Source: Nitrospirota bacterium (GTDB lineage: Bacteria; Nitrospirota; Thermodesulfovibrionia; Thermodesulfovibrionales; Dissulfurispiraceae). Taken from it: a stretch of 64,000 bases of DNA. Position numbers and translations under genes: made by a program. Under the pieces are notes generated by a model. The model had not been told where the DNA came from. It made no database searches and saw only the letters and a list, made by a program, of their open reading frames with translations. Shown here piece by piece: positions 41,294-58,470 of the stretch (position 1 is the stretch's first letter; every line of letters starts with the position of its first letter). The stretch is from positions 640,001-704,000 of the forward strand of contig CAVPZX010000002.1 of assembly GCA_963710375.1 (NCBI GenBank), given 5' to 3'.

Positions 41294-42859
41294 CTACCAA
41301 TCCGGGGGCCGGATTGAGGGCTTGGGATCAGTCAATACAGGAGGATTATATGATGCAGGCGCGAGCAATTCGCCCCAGTTAGTGCGCTTAGCCATTTCCT
41401 CCTTGATAGCGGGAGGCACCAATTCCTTGCCTTCACGGATTTCCCAACCCCCGCCCAGAGATCTATAGACTCCAACCAACCCGCTCGAAATGCTGCCCAG
41501 AGCAACAGCAAGGTTGTCCTGCTCATTCAAAAGACTCTGTTGTGCAACCAGCACAGTAGTGAAGTCAATGATACCTTGCCGATATTGTTTGGCCGCAAGA
41601 TCAAGGGCCTTCCTGGCAGCTACAGTGCTGAGGGCCAAATACTTGGCCCGTTCCTGGCCCCTCAGAAAGGCAGACAGATTATCTTCCACATCCTGTTGCG
41701 CTCTCAAGACAGTGTTTTGATATGTGATAAGCAATTCCTGGAACCTGGCATCCTGAGCACGGACATTATTCGTGATCTGTCCATAATTAAGAATATTCCA
41801 CTGGAATGAAGGGCCTGCCTGGAACATGCGGTTTTTCCACTGGAACATGTCGGGGAGTCCGGATCGATCAAAATTGGATGACAGGAAGCCAAACATCCCG
41901 CTCAGGGAGAAAGCTGGATAAAGGTCAGCTTTGGCCACCCCGATCAAGGCTGACTGAGCAGCTGCCTGGTACTCCGCACTCCGAATATCCGGTCTGCGCC
42001 TGAGAAGGTCGGCAGGAATACCCGCAATTACCTGGGGCGGCGAGACAGGGATTTCAGAAGCCCCCTTGATTAAATCCGCCAGGTCCCTGGGCGCAATTCC
42101 CAGCAATACGCAAAGGGCATCCTCCTGCTGCCGCAGTTGGGTTTCCAGCAGAGGAATGGAAGCAAGGGTGTTGTTGAGTACTGTTTGGGCTTGCTCCACA
42201 TCCAACTGAGTAACTGTGCCAAAACGTAATCTGGCTTCGGCTATCTTCAGACTCTCTTTTTGGGTTTCCACATTTTCTCTGGCAATGGCAAGCCGTTTTT
42301 CGAGCGTCCTGATCGCAATATATGAATTGGCAACATCTGCCGTAAGGCTGACCATGGCATTATCGTAATCGGCGACTGTGGCAAGCCACGTGGCATTGGC
42401 CGACTCGATCGACCGCCTGAACCTTCCCCAAAAATCGAGTTCCCAACTTGCGTTAACCCCTATTTGGTCCTGGGAATATACGGGAATAGCCTGGGGAGAA
42501 GATTCACTTGTCCTGATACGCTCCACAGAACCTGAAGCCTGCTGGGTCTGAGGAAAGATATTCCCTATGGCAATGCCGAGTTGGGCCCTGGCTTCCAGTA
42601 TACGAATTCCTGCAATCCTCAGCGTGAGGTTTTCGCGGTATGCGCGGTCAATAAGCCGGTCCAGGAAAGGGTCGTTGAATACCTTCCACCATTCGCGGTA
42701 CTCCACGGACCGTTTTCGCAACCGCTCGTCTCCAGACTCTATCCAGTCCGGCGAAACCAGACTATCCGGCCTCTGGAAATCCGGCCCCACCTTGATGCAA
42801 CCGGACAGCAGAAAAACAATGATGAGAGCAAGTGTAAGTAGTCTACCTGATAGGAACAT
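41294..42859 (-). CDS. RND outer membrane factor lipoprotein (NodT/OprM family)
   Basis: LSGC lipobox, WELDFWG, LLRRRPDI, LGGGW; start placed at 42859. Confidence 0.94.
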   Translation of the reverse strand: MFLSGRLLTLALIIVFLLSGCIKVGPDFQRPDSLVSPDWIESGDERLRKRSVEYREWWKVFNDPFLDRLIDRAYRENLTLRIAGIRILEARAQLGIAIGNIFPQTQQASGSVERIRTSESSPQAIPVYSQDQIGVNASWELDFWGRFRRSIESANATWLATVADYDNAMVSLTADVANSYIAIRTLEKRLAIARENVETQKESLKIAEARLRFGTVTQLDVEQAQTVLNNTLASIPLLETQLRQQEDALCVLLGIAPRDLADLIKGASEIPVSPPQVIAGIPADLLRRRPDIRSAEYQAAAQSALIGVAKADLYPAFSLSGMFGFLSSNFDRSGLPDMFQWKNRMFQAGPSFQWNILNYGQITNNVRAQDARFQELLITYQNTVLRAQQDVEDNLSAFLRGQERAKYLALSTVAARKALDLAAKQYRQGIIDFTTVLVAQQSLLNEQDNLAVALGSISSGLVGVYRSLGGGWEIREGKELVPPAIKEEMAKRTNWGELLAPASYNPPVLTDPKPSIRPPDW

Positions 42860-43099
42860 TATAAGGTCCTTTGCCAAATCAATTTCAGTTGCAATTATAG
42901 CTGCGAATTGAATTGATGTCAACGCGGGACTGCCTGAGAATACAACCGCTTTATGCGATAAAATATGAACGTTAAACTGATAGGAAAAGTGAGACATTTT
43001 AAAGTCAACTACTCACAGTATTGTAGCATAAGAACAACTTTGTTCTAAAAGTCGGGGAACAAAAAAGTGGGTATTTTTTAAATTCAACTAATTATAAGC

Positions 43100-43115
43100 T
43101 GGCAAGTTTTTTGCT
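43100..43115 (+). promoter_or_regulatory. sigma54 (-24/-12) promoter
   Basis: TGGCAAGTTTTTTGCT: GG-N10-GC, about 45 bp upstream of the P-II ATG. Confidence 0.75.
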
Positions 43116-43161
43116 TCTCAAAGCTTGCATCAAAATATGGCTGATCTAAAAGGAGATCACT

Positions 43162-43503
43162 ATGAAAAGGATTGAGGCAATTATACGCCCCACCAAGGTA
43201 AACCAGGTATGCGCCAGTTTGGAAAAAGTCGGCTATTCGGGCGTCACGATTTCAGACGTTGAGGGTCACGGAAGCCAAAAGGGTAGTACTGAACGTAAGG
43301 CACGCGGCATAACGCACAGAGTGCCTTTCGTGGTGAAAAAGAGAGTAGTATTGGTTGTAAATGACAAAGAGGTTGACGGCATTATGAAGGCTATTCGCGA
43401 GGCGGTGTGCACCGGCAAGATTGGGGACGGTAAGATATTCGTTTCATCAATAGACAATGCCATGAGGATAAGGACAGGCGAGACCGGAGAAGCCGCAGTC
43501 TAG
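43162..43503 (+). CDS. P-II family regulator with atypical T-loop
   Basis: MKRIEAIIRP, TGKIGDGKIFV, RIRTGE; AGGAG SD. Confidence 0.93.
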   Translation: MKRIEAIIRPTKVNQVCASLEKVGYSGVTISDVEGHGSQKGSTERKARGITHRVPFVVKKRVVLVVNDKEVDGIMKAIREAVCTGKIGDGKIFVSSIDNAMRIRTGETGEAAV

Positions 43504-43529
43504 AAAAACGGAGATCATGAAGGTGGGTC

Positions 43530-43679
43530 ATGGATAAATACATTGATGGTCTGTCATGGGCGGCGGTGAATGTCTGCAACTTGAAGTTGCCCCTTGGGCA
43601 AACGTCTGCTTATTACGCTTTGGCAAGTCTTATGATTATTGCAAGCATTTTGTCGCTTCTTATCAATAGCAAGCCGTGA
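43530..43679 (+). CDS. Small single-TM protein, 49 aa
   Basis: MDKYIDGLSWAAVNVCNLKLPLGQTSAYYALASLMIIASILSLLINSKP; AAGGTGG upstream; below ORF-track cutoff. Confidence 0.5.
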   Translation: MDKYIDGLSWAAVNVCNLKLPLGQTSAYYALASLMIIASILSLLINSKP

Positions 43680-43708
43680 CATCATAACCTGCCGAATCGC
43701 TTTTATTC

Positions 43709-43742
43709 TAAAAAAAAGGGCCCGGTTTCAGCCGGGCCCTTC
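43709..43742 (-). terminator. Intrinsic terminator of the rRNA operon
   Basis: AAGGGCCCGG-ctgaaa-CCGGGCCC followed by a long T run on the minus strand. Confidence 0.9.
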
Positions 43743-43750
43743 TAATTTGA

Positions 43751-43866
43751 TCCGGCAGCGTCCTACTTTCCCGTGACCTCGCGGTCAAAGTATCATCGGC
43801 CTTGGAGGGCTTAACTTCCGTGTTCGAAATGGGAACGGGTGTGACCCCTCCGGTATAACCACCGGA
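43751..43866 (-). rRNA. rrf: 5S rRNA
   Basis: CCCGTTCCCATTTCGAACACGGAAGTTAAG and GGGAAAGTAGG on the minus strand. Confidence 0.95.
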
Positions 43867-43938
43867 AAATATATAATAACAAACTAATATCTATAAGTGC
43901 AACAAAAAATTTTGACAAGCAGGGGAGAAGAAGTAAAT

Positions 43939-46987
<3,049 letters not shown>

Positions 46988-47043
46988 TTCTTCTACTTCT
47001 CTCTCTTCCCCTGCATTGTCAAAGATCAATATCTATAAAACTT

Positions 47044-47119
47044 TGGTGGAGGTGAACGGGATCGAACCGATGACCCCCTGCTTGCAAAGCAGGTGCTCTC
47101 CCAGCTGAGCTACACCCCC
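47044..47119 (-). tRNA. tRNA-Ala(UGC)
   Basis: GGGGGTGTAGCTCAG...TTGCAA...TTCGA...CCA, 76 nt. Confidence 0.97.
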
Positions 47120-47123
47120 GAAT

Positions 47124-47208
47124 AAAACCAGGTTAAGGTTAAGGTCGAGGTAAGAAAAAAATAAACTCTGTTTTCCTCATGTCTTAACCTTAACCTTTGC
47201 CTGGTTTT
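47124..47208. repeat. Fold-back element of inverted 6-mer arrays between the two tRNAs
   Basis: aaaaccaggttaaggttaagg...cttaaccttaacctttgcctggtttt. Confidence 0.85.
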
Positions 47209-47210
47209 GA

Positions 47211-47287
<77 letters not shown>

Positions 47288-47290
47288 ACA

Positions 47291-47413
47291 AGCGTCTTCG
47301 TAAAAAATCCATATGCTGCGTTGCGCTGCATGCATCGTCACTGCGACGTACCATCAGCACGCCTCATTCCTCAGCATTTGCGCAGCTTGCCTATGGACTT
47401 TTTACGAGACCCT
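47291..47413. mobile_element. MITE-like palindromic element C in the 16S-tRNA spacer
   Basis: TIRs tcgtaaaaaatccata / tatggactttttacga with an internally paired core. Confidence 0.7.
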
Positions 47414-47456
47414 ATTTATCTAAATCATGCGTGACGAACTACGATTATCTTTCCTT

Positions 47457-48983
<1,527 letters not shown>

Positions 48984-49057
48984 TTTCCTGAATTTTCAAA
49001 ATCGAAGCTTTGTTACTGAAGCATTTTGTAGTTCATCACGCATGTATTTAGCAATTA

Positions 49058-49104
49058 TCAAAGAGCGAGTAAATAAATTAGCTCATTTTACAACTTTTTG
49101 TCAA
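49058..49104 (-). promoter_or_regulatory. rRNA promoter and boxA
   Basis: TTGACA-18 bp-TAATTT followed by GCTCTTTGA; overlaps the last codons of the kinase gene. Confidence 0.7.
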
Positions 49105-50106
49105 GAGTGCACTATAAAAGATAACAATTGCTTCTGTTCCCTTGTCTGATTTGATTTCGAGGGTTCCTCCAAGCTGTCCTGCTAAAATATCGACAAGCTG
49201 AAAGCCCAGGGTGTCCGCCTCCCTATAATCAAAACCTTCCGGCAGGCCGACACCGTTGTCTTTGATTATCAGTGTGTAGGTGCCGTCAGTATTCGTAAAA
49301 TTGATGCTTAATACCCCTCTTCCATTTTTAGGGAAAGCGTGTTTGAAGGCATTTGTGAGGAGTTCGTTGATTATCAGGCCGCATGGTACGGCTGATTCAA
49401 GGTCAAGTTCAATGTCCCCAATGTTGATTTCTGTGGTGATTGCACTCGTATCTATCCGGTACATGCTGATGATATCTAAAACCATTGACTTGATGTAGCT
49501 TTCAAAATTAATGGCTGATAAATCTTTTGTCTGATAGAGCTTTTCGTGAACAAGGGCCATGGACCTGACCCTCTGCTGGCTTTCTTCAAAGAGGGATTTC
49601 ACACCGGCGTCCTTTATTTTTCTGGCCTCTAAAGAAAGGAGACTTGACACGACCGCCAAGTTGTTCTTTACCCGGTGATGGATTTCCCTGAGAAGTATTT
49701 CTTTTTCTCCCAGAGATTGCGATAATTCATCGGTCCTTTCCTCAACACGTTTCTCAAGCTCATTGTGGGATTGGAGCAGTGAGACATGCAGGTGTTTGAG
49801 CCGCATGAGAAGCACTGATACTCCCCATCCTCCACATATTCCCGTGATACGGTTTACCGCGGAATGCATTAAAGGTGTGCTATCGCTATACGCATGGGGA
49901 AAAAACAAACCTGCGGCAGTGAGCAGTGTAACGATCACAGAGTATAAATAGGGCCGCCTGGCAGACTGGTACATGAAAAACAAGGGAATAAGGTAGAGCA
50001 CCCATGCGTCATACCACAAGGGAGATTGAAGATCGATCATGAATATAACGGCGGTCATAAGTACGCCGATGATAATATTTTTTTCTTTAAAAAAAATTAA
50101 CGACAC
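49078..50106 (-). CDS. Membrane-bound sensor histidine kinase (HisKA_2 type)
   Basis: EIHHRVKNNL H-box, NELLTNAFKHAF, DNGVG; N-terminal TM helices; start uncertain (50106 or 50058). Confidence 0.9.
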   Translation of the reverse strand: MSLIFFKEKNIIIGVLMTAVIFMIDLQSPLWYDAWVLYLIPLFFMYQSARRPYLYSVIVTLLTAAGLFFPHAYSDSTPLMHSAVNRITGICGGWGVSVLLMRLKHLHVSLLQSHNELEKRVEERTDELSQSLGEKEILLREIHHRVKNNLAVVSSLLSLEARKIKDAGVKSLFEESQQRVRSMALVHEKLYQTKDLSAINFESYIKSMVLDIISMYRIDTSAITTEINIGDIELDLESAVPCGLIINELLTNAFKHAFPKNGRGVLSINFTNTDGTYTLIIKDNGVGLPEGFDYREADTLGFQLVDILAGQLGGTLEIKSDKGTEAIVIFYSALLTKSCKMS

Positions 50107-51149
50107 GAATTGTTCTCCAGTTTCACAGTTGACCTGCCAGCCTTTAATTGCCCGCATGCCGCCGATATATCCCGCCCTTTGCTCTTTCTGATGATAGCCG
50201 TAATGTGTGCACTCAACAGAATATTCTGAAATTCCAGCACACTCTTTTCATCGGGCCTTCCGAAGTCCGAACCGGGATAAGGGTTGAATGGTATAAGATT
50301 CACCTTCGATGGAATTCCTTTTAAAAGATGTATAAGCCTCTTTGCATCCTCCTGCGTGTCGTTGACATCTTTTAAAAGGACATATTCAAAAGTGATCCTC
50401 CCCCGTGCCGGAAGGGGGACTTTGCGGCATGCGTCCATCAGGGTTTTGAGCGGCCATGTCCTGTTCACCGGCATTATATAATCCCGCACCATATCGGTCG
50501 TGGCGTTAAGAGAGACTGCAAGCTTCACCTTTGCAGCTTCGACTGCGAGTTCAGGGATTTTAGGAGCTATCCCCGATGTGGAAAGGGTAATCCTCCTGGG
50601 AGATATTTTCATCCCTCCTGTTATTCTCCTCAGGGCCTCGACAACATTACCAAAATTCGCCAGTGGCTCTCCCATGCCCATAAAAACGATATTGGTAATC
50701 TTTCGCGGCTCGATCAGCCGGCTCACAGCAATAATCTGATCCACTATCTCATGGGGTTGTAGGTTCCGTTTAAGCCCCATTGTGCCTGTAAGACAGAAGC
50801 TGCAGCCCATGGCACACCCCACCTGAGAGGAAATGCACAGCGTCAACCGGTCTTCATCCGTAATAAGCACGCTTTCAATGCTTTCGCCGTCTTCAAGACC
50901 GAAGAGGTATTTTTCTGTCCCATCCCCGGATGCCTTCCGTTCAAGTACTTCAAGATTACTTATAAATGCCTTCTCAGCAAGCCTTTCACGCAGCTCTTTT
51001 GAGAGTTCGGTGATGTCTGAAATAGAACTGACATGCTCTTCGTATATCCAGTGCAGAAGCTGCTTTGTCCTGAATGAAGGCAGTGCCGATTCCCTGATGA
51101 AGGATTCCAGTTCCTGTTTTGAGAGGGCTTTGAGGTTGATTTTAGGCAT
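50097..51149 (-). CDS. rlmN: 23S rRNA/tRNA m2A methyltransferase RlmN
   Basis: CISSQVGCAMGCSFC, MGMGEP, AACGQL. Confidence 0.97.
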   Translation of the reverse strand: MPKINLKALSKQELESFIRESALPSFRTKQLLHWIYEEHVSSISDITELSKELRERLAEKAFISNLEVLERKASGDGTEKYLFGLEDGESIESVLITDEDRLTLCISSQVGCAMGCSFCLTGTMGLKRNLQPHEIVDQIIAVSRLIEPRKITNIVFMGMGEPLANFGNVVEALRRITGGMKISPRRITLSTSGIAPKIPELAVEAAKVKLAVSLNATTDMVRDYIMPVNRTWPLKTLMDACRKVPLPARGRITFEYVLLKDVNDTQEDAKRLIHLLKGIPSKVNLIPFNPYPGSDFGRPDEKSVLEFQNILLSAHITAIIRKSKGRDISAACGQLKAGRSTVKLENNSCR

Positions 51150-51185
51150 TAATCATATTTTTTTGCCAGGTGCTTAAAGATGGTT

Positions 51186-51214
51186 AAAAAAAGGGGGAAC
51201 ACAGCGCCCCCCTC
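51186..51214 (-). terminator. Intrinsic terminator after ahcY
   Basis: G-run/C-run stem followed by T7 on the minus strand. Confidence 0.7.
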
Positions 51215-51223
51215 CCGGTTGAT

Positions 51224-53649
<2,426 letters not shown>

Positions 53650-53749
53650 TGCTCACCTCCGGTGTTATATTAAGAACACAGTGCTCTCAAAATCTGGAAT
53701 TTTTATAATATCACCTGACCTGCGCACAATACAATAGCCGAACTGGCGT

Positions 53750-54772
53750 CTAATGCGCCCTCTTAATAAGCTCCTCGGCAATTTGCACAGCATTTAACGC
53801 AGCTCCTTTTCTCAGGTTATCAGAAACAACCCACATATTGATCCCGTTTTCAATAGACTCGTCCTCCCTGATCCTGCCGACAAATACGTTGTCCTTGCCG
53901 GCTATTTCAACGGGAATAGGGTACACATTCTTTTCCGGGGCGTCAAATAGTGTAATGCCGGGGGCATTTGAAAAAAGCTCGCGGACCTTCTGCGGAGTGA
54001 TTTTTATTTTAGTCTCTATGTTCAGCGATTCGGAATGTCCCCTGAAAACAGGCACTCGAACAGTTGTAGCCGTCAGTTTTATCGAATCGTCGCCCATAAT
54101 CTTTTTGGTCTCGTTGACCATCTTCATTTCTTCCTTTGTATAGCCGTTTTCGAGGAATTTATCTATGTGCGGCAGAACATTGAATGCAATCTGGTGCGGA
54201 TAGACGTTGCACCGGATCTCCCTGAAACTGAGCATATCCGTTGTCTGCTGCAGGAGTTCATCCATGGCTTTCTTGCCTGTCCCTGAGACCGCCTGAAAGG
54301 TGGTCACCACCACCCTCTTTATTGTTGCCGCGTCGTGAATGGGCTTTAGCGCTACTACCATTTGTATCGTCGAGCAGTTGGGATTCGCAATAATCCCCTT
54401 ATGCCATTTAAGGTCATGAGCGTTGACCTCAGGCACCACAAGCGGAATCGCAGGGTCCATCCTCCATTGACTGGAATTGTCCACGACAATACATCCTGAT
54501 CGCGCTGCGATGGGCGCCCATATTTTCGAACGTTCTGCGCCGGCAGAGAAAAGCGCAATATCGATCCCCTTGAATGAATTTTCACTGAGGGTCTCGACAG
54601 CGATATCCTCTCCGTTGAATTCGAGCGCCTTCCCTTCAGACATTTCCGAAGCAAACAGCCTCAACTTATCAACCGGAAACTTCCTCTCCTCAAGCACCGA
54701 AATCATCTCGTTGCCCACTGCGCCCGTCGCGCCCACCACTGCTACGACATATTTCCCTTTTTCCTTTAACAT
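53750..54772 (-). CDS. asd: Aspartate-semialdehyde dehydrogenase
   Basis: GATGAVG, ANPNCST, DNLRKGAA. Confidence 0.97.
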   Translation of the reverse strand: MLKEKGKYVVAVVGATGAVGNEMISVLEERKFPVDKLRLFASEMSEGKALEFNGEDIAVETLSENSFKGIDIALFSAGAERSKIWAPIAARSGCIVVDNSSQWRMDPAIPLVVPEVNAHDLKWHKGIIANPNCSTIQMVVALKPIHDAATIKRVVVTTFQAVSGTGKKAMDELLQQTTDMLSFREIRCNVYPHQIAFNVLPHIDKFLENGYTKEEMKMVNETKKIMGDDSIKLTATTVRVPVFRGHSESLNIETKIKITPQKVRELFSNAPGITLFDAPEKNVYPIPVEIAGKDNVFVGRIREDESIENGINMWVVSDNLRKGAALNAVQIAEELIKRAH

Positions 54773-54819
54773 CTAAATGCTCCTATCCCCTGGTATTACT
54801 GCTACGCTGTAAGTCTTGC

Positions 54820-55323
54820 TCATACTGCTGCTCCTTTCATACGCCTCTTTGTCCACTCGATCAGCCCACCGGCGCCTATCAGTTCCTGCATAAACGGCGG
54901 AATCGGATTCGCGGTATATTGTTCGCCGGTAGAGAGATTCTTAATAATTCCTTTATCCGCATCGATTTCTATTATTTCACCTTCCCTGATTTTCTCAGAT
55001 GCCTCTTCGGACTCAAAGATCGGCAGCCCTATATTGAAGGAGTTGCGGTAGAATATCCGCGCAAAGCTCTTTGCAATAACCGCCTGGATACCCGCAGCCT
55101 TTATAGCAATGGGCGCATGCTCCCGTGAAGAACCGCAACCGAAATTTTTGCCGGCAACGATGATGTCGCCTGCCTGTACTTTAAGAGGAAAGTCCTTATC
55201 AGCATCCTCCATAAGATGGCGTGCAAGCTCGCCGGGATCGGATGTGTTAAGATATCTGGCCGGAATAATCGCATCAGTATCTATATCGTTCCCAAACCTC
55301 CAGACCTTTCCTTTCAATAACAT
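54820..55323 (-). CDS. leuD: 3-isopropylmalate dehydratase small subunit
   Basis: [30 protein letters not shown]. Confidence 0.94.
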   Translation of the reverse strand: MLLKGKVWRFGNDIDTDAIIPARYLNTSDPGELARHLMEDADKDFPLKVQAGDIIVAGKNFGCGSSREHAPIAIKAAGIQAVIAKSFARIFYRNSFNIGLPIFESEEASEKIREGEIIEIDADKGIIKNLSTGEQYTANPIPPFMQELIGAGGLIEWTKRRMKGAAV

Positions 55324-55398
55324 GGCAAACCTCCGATTGCTTTTTGAAAACTTATTGTAATAAACTTTATATTATACCGTGACGTTCAATAATTTTCT

Positions 55399-56337
55399 AT
55401 GAAAAAAGTAATCCTCCTCCTCGGTCCAACGTGCGTCGGGAAGACAGCCGTATCCCTTGTGCTTGCCAAGGCCCTGAATTCGGAAATCATAAGCGCCGAT
55501 TCCATGCAGATTTACAAACATATGGATATAGGGACAGCCAAACCGTCGGCTGAGGAACAGCGGCTGATAAAGCACCATATGATCGATATAGTCGAGCCTT
55601 GGGATTTCTACAGCACAGGGGAGTACATCAAGGACGTTCAGTCTGTTGTTTCAGCACTCCACAGCCGGAAAAAAATTCCACTTGTTGTCGGAGGCACAGG
55701 ACTCTACATCAAGTCCATGACGCGTGGTATTTTCAAGGGACCTTCGGCTGACTGGGAGATGAGGAACGCCTTTCTGGATGAAGAGCGGGCGAAAGAGGGA
55801 TCTCTTTACAGGCGCTTGATGTCACTTGATCCGGCGGCTGCTTCAAAAATAATGCCCGCTGATACGAGAAGGACAATAAGGGCGCTGGAAGTATTCATGA
55901 AAAGCGATACGTCCCTGTCGGAGATGCACCGGACAGCAACCAATCCCCTTCCCTATGAATTCATAAAAATTGGGATCACAAGGGAGAGGAAAGAACTTTA
56001 CAGTATGATCGATGCCAGGATCGATGCAATGATGGAGCAGGGACTTCTGGAGGAGGTAAAAGATGTTATGCGGATTATTAAGGAGCATGGGACCAAAGCC
56101 AATTTGGCGTCCTATCCCTCTATGCAGGCCATCGGCTACAAAGAACTAACAATGTATTTTGACGGCGATATCTGCCTTGATGAGGCAATCAACCTTATCA
56201 AGCAAAGCTCCCGCAACTATGCCAAAAGGCAATTCACATGGTTCAAAAAAGAGGAAGGGATTCAGTGGATCGATGTGACAGGAACTCATGATGCAAATGA
56301 AATATTTCAAAAAGTGAAAGTATCCAGCCTCATCTAA
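55399..56337 (+). CDS. miaA: tRNA dimethylallyltransferase
   Basis: GPTCVGKT, DSMQIY, GGTGLY, YAKRQFTW. Confidence 0.97.
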   Translation: MKKVILLLGPTCVGKTAVSLVLAKALNSEIISADSMQIYKHMDIGTAKPSAEEQRLIKHHMIDIVEPWDFYSTGEYIKDVQSVVSALHSRKKIPLVVGGTGLYIKSMTRGIFKGPSADWEMRNAFLDEERAKEGSLYRRLMSLDPAAASKIMPADTRRTIRALEVFMKSDTSLSEMHRTATNPLPYEFIKIGITRERKELYSMIDARIDAMMEQGLLEEVKDVMRIIKEHGTKANLASYPSMQAIGYKELTMYFDGDICLDEAINLIKQSSRNYAKRQFTWFKKEEGIQWIDVTGTHDANEIFQKVKVSSLI

Positions 56338-56360
56338 CCTCTCACCTCTCTCCTTTTGTG

Positions 56361-57389
56361 CTATTGCTCCATCCTCTGTTCAATGCTTTCCATTACCATC
56401 AAAAGCAGCGCAATAACCAGCGGACCTGCAACAAACCCTATTAAACCGAAAAGATGGATTCCTCCGAGCACTCCAAAAAAAATCAGAACTGTATGGATCT
56501 TGGCCCGCTGGCCTATTACTTTGGGTCTCAGTATATGGTCGATTATTCCCACCAGGAAAACAATGGCTATAACCGCCATAATTACACCCTTGATAAAAGA
56601 TCCCGTTAAAAAGAGGTAGACAGTAACCGGTCCCCAAACTGTAAAATCGCCGAGTACCGGAATAAAAGAAAACACCGACATGGCAAAACCGAGCAGTATA
56701 GGAGACGGAACACCCAGGAAATAAAATGCGCTTCCGCCGATAATCCCGTGTGCCAGCGCAATCATTACTCCCCCGTATATGGTTGAAACTATGACCTCTC
56801 TTATTCTCAAAAAAAGCCGGTTTTTCTGTTCATCAGGCAGCGGCAGCAGCCTGTATATTCGAGCAATAAAAATTTGCCCGTCACGTAGAAGGAAAAAAAT
56901 TGTAAAAAGCATCATGAAGTAGTCAACAAATGCATGGACCGCACCAAGAGCATGCTCCTGGAACAGCCGCATCAGGCTCTTCTCAATGCTTTCGGCAAGT
57001 CCACGCAGAATGTCATATATGCTATCAACAGGCACATCCAGCAGCCGGGCAATGCTTGCAAGCATATCTTTAATATTGGCGTTTCCGAAAAACATAGCTG
57101 TCATGCCGCGTTCATTGAGGTGAGCGATTACCGCTTTGATCTCCATGGCTAACAAATAAGTAACATATGTTAACGGCCCGATGAAAAGAAGAAAGGAAAT
57201 AATGACCATAACGGCTGCAGCAATGGATGAACTTTTGATCTTTACACGAATGGACTCATATACAGGATATAAAACGATCGAAAATATCACGGCCCAGCAG
57301 ATAGCAGGCATGAAAGGTAAAAACATATTGTAAGCAATATATACGAGCCCCGCAACCAGGGTATAAAAGAGAAAAGTTTTTTCTTTCAT
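56361..57389 (-). CDS. AI-2E family transporter
   Basis: Multi-TM; IDHILRP and GFVAGP motifs. Confidence 0.9.
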   Translation of the reverse strand: MKEKTFLFYTLVAGLVYIAYNMFLPFMPAICWAVIFSIVLYPVYESIRVKIKSSSIAAAVMVIISFLLFIGPLTYVTYLLAMEIKAVIAHLNERGMTAMFFGNANIKDMLASIARLLDVPVDSIYDILRGLAESIEKSLMRLFQEHALGAVHAFVDYFMMLFTIFFLLRDGQIFIARIYRLLPLPDEQKNRLFLRIREVIVSTIYGGVMIALAHGIIGGSAFYFLGVPSPILLGFAMSVFSFIPVLGDFTVWGPVTVYLFLTGSFIKGVIMAVIAIVFLVGIIDHILRPKVIGQRAKIHTVLIFFGVLGGIHLFGLIGFVAGPLVIALLLMVMESIEQRMEQ

Positions 57390-58414
57390 AACCTTACCAA
57401 TCCGCTCATCCTTACCCCGACAAGCCTTATTTTCTTCTTCAGTTCGAATCTGCCAAGACAGTAGAAGGCGGCCTTCCGAATAACTTCCAGGCTATCGGTC
57501 GGGTCCTCGAGTGTCGTGGCTCGCGTCTGAGTCTTGAAATCGCTGAACCGTATCTTTACGGTAACATTTTTGGCCCTATACCCTCTATCCTTCAACTCTG
57601 CCACAGTCTCTCTCGTCAAGTCAGCCAAGTGCCTTGCAATGGTCTGCCAATGGTCGGTATCGGTCTGGAAGGTTGTCTCCCTGCTTATGGACTTGGGTTC
57701 CCAGTGCGTGACGAGGGGGCTTTCATCTATGCCCCGGGATGCTTCATAAAGGTAATGTCCGTAAGATGTTCCGAAATGCTCCAACAATTTTTCGAGCGAT
57801 ACAGCCGCCAGTTCCCCTATGGTATTGATTGACAGTTCTTTCAAATATGCCTCTGTCCTGGGGCCTACACCCCAAAGTTTTCTCACCTGCAATGGCCATA
57901 TACGGTTCTCTATATCCCCGTCTTTAATAATAGTCAGTCCATCAGGTTTTTCCATGTCCGAGGCTATCTTTCCGAGAAGCTTATTCGGGGCAATACCGAT
58001 GGAACAGGTGAGCCCTGTGGCAGCTCTTATCCGCTCTTTGATTTCCTGAGCTACTTGCTCCTGCGGCTTGTCGATATCAGAGAGGTCGAGAAAGGCTTCG
58101 TCTATCCCGACATCTTCCATCACAGCGCTGAACTCTTTAAGGACTATTTTTAATGCCTCGGATACTCTGGAATACTCTTCAAAGTCCACAGGCAGGAAGA
58201 CGGCATTAGGACAGAGCTTATGCGCTGTTCTCAGCGGCATGGCGGAATGGATGCCATACTTCCGGGCCACATAATTGGCAGTTGAAACTACGCCTCTCTT
58301 CAAGGGGTCTCCCGACCCGCCTATCACCACTGGTTTATTTTTCAATTCCGGATGCCTTTGTTCCTCTACCGCAGCAAAAAAGGCATCCATGTCCAGGTGG
58401 AGGATACGTCTCAT
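57386..58414 (-). CDS. dinB: DNA polymerase IV
   Basis: HLDMDAFFAAVE, GIDEAFLD, KPDG. Confidence 0.96.
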   Translation of the reverse strand: MRRILHLDMDAFFAAVEEQRHPELKNKPVVIGGSGDPLKRGVVSTANYVARKYGIHSAMPLRTAHKLCPNAVFLPVDFEEYSRVSEALKIVLKEFSAVMEDVGIDEAFLDLSDIDKPQEQVAQEIKERIRAATGLTCSIGIAPNKLLGKIASDMEKPDGLTIIKDGDIENRIWPLQVRKLWGVGPRTEAYLKELSINTIGELAAVSLEKLLEHFGTSYGHYLYEASRGIDESPLVTHWEPKSISRETTFQTDTDHWQTIARHLADLTRETVAELKDRGYRAKNVTVKIRFSDFKTQTRATTLEDPTDSLEVIRKAAFYCLGRFELKKKIRLVGVRMSGLVRL

Positions 58415-58470
58415 GGAATATTATAAGCTACAATGCAGGTCTATGTGCATTACTGTGATACAATTTAGAC

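Noticed and set aside
53650..53749. SAM or SAH riboswitch upstream of metK-ahcY
   Set aside because: Short AT-rich leader without SAM-I core motifs or a terminator.
56335..56357. Single-arm short repeats (cctctca; also ttgccc near 11920 and the run near 63970)
   Set aside because: No clear opposing arm; too short to call as fold-back elements.
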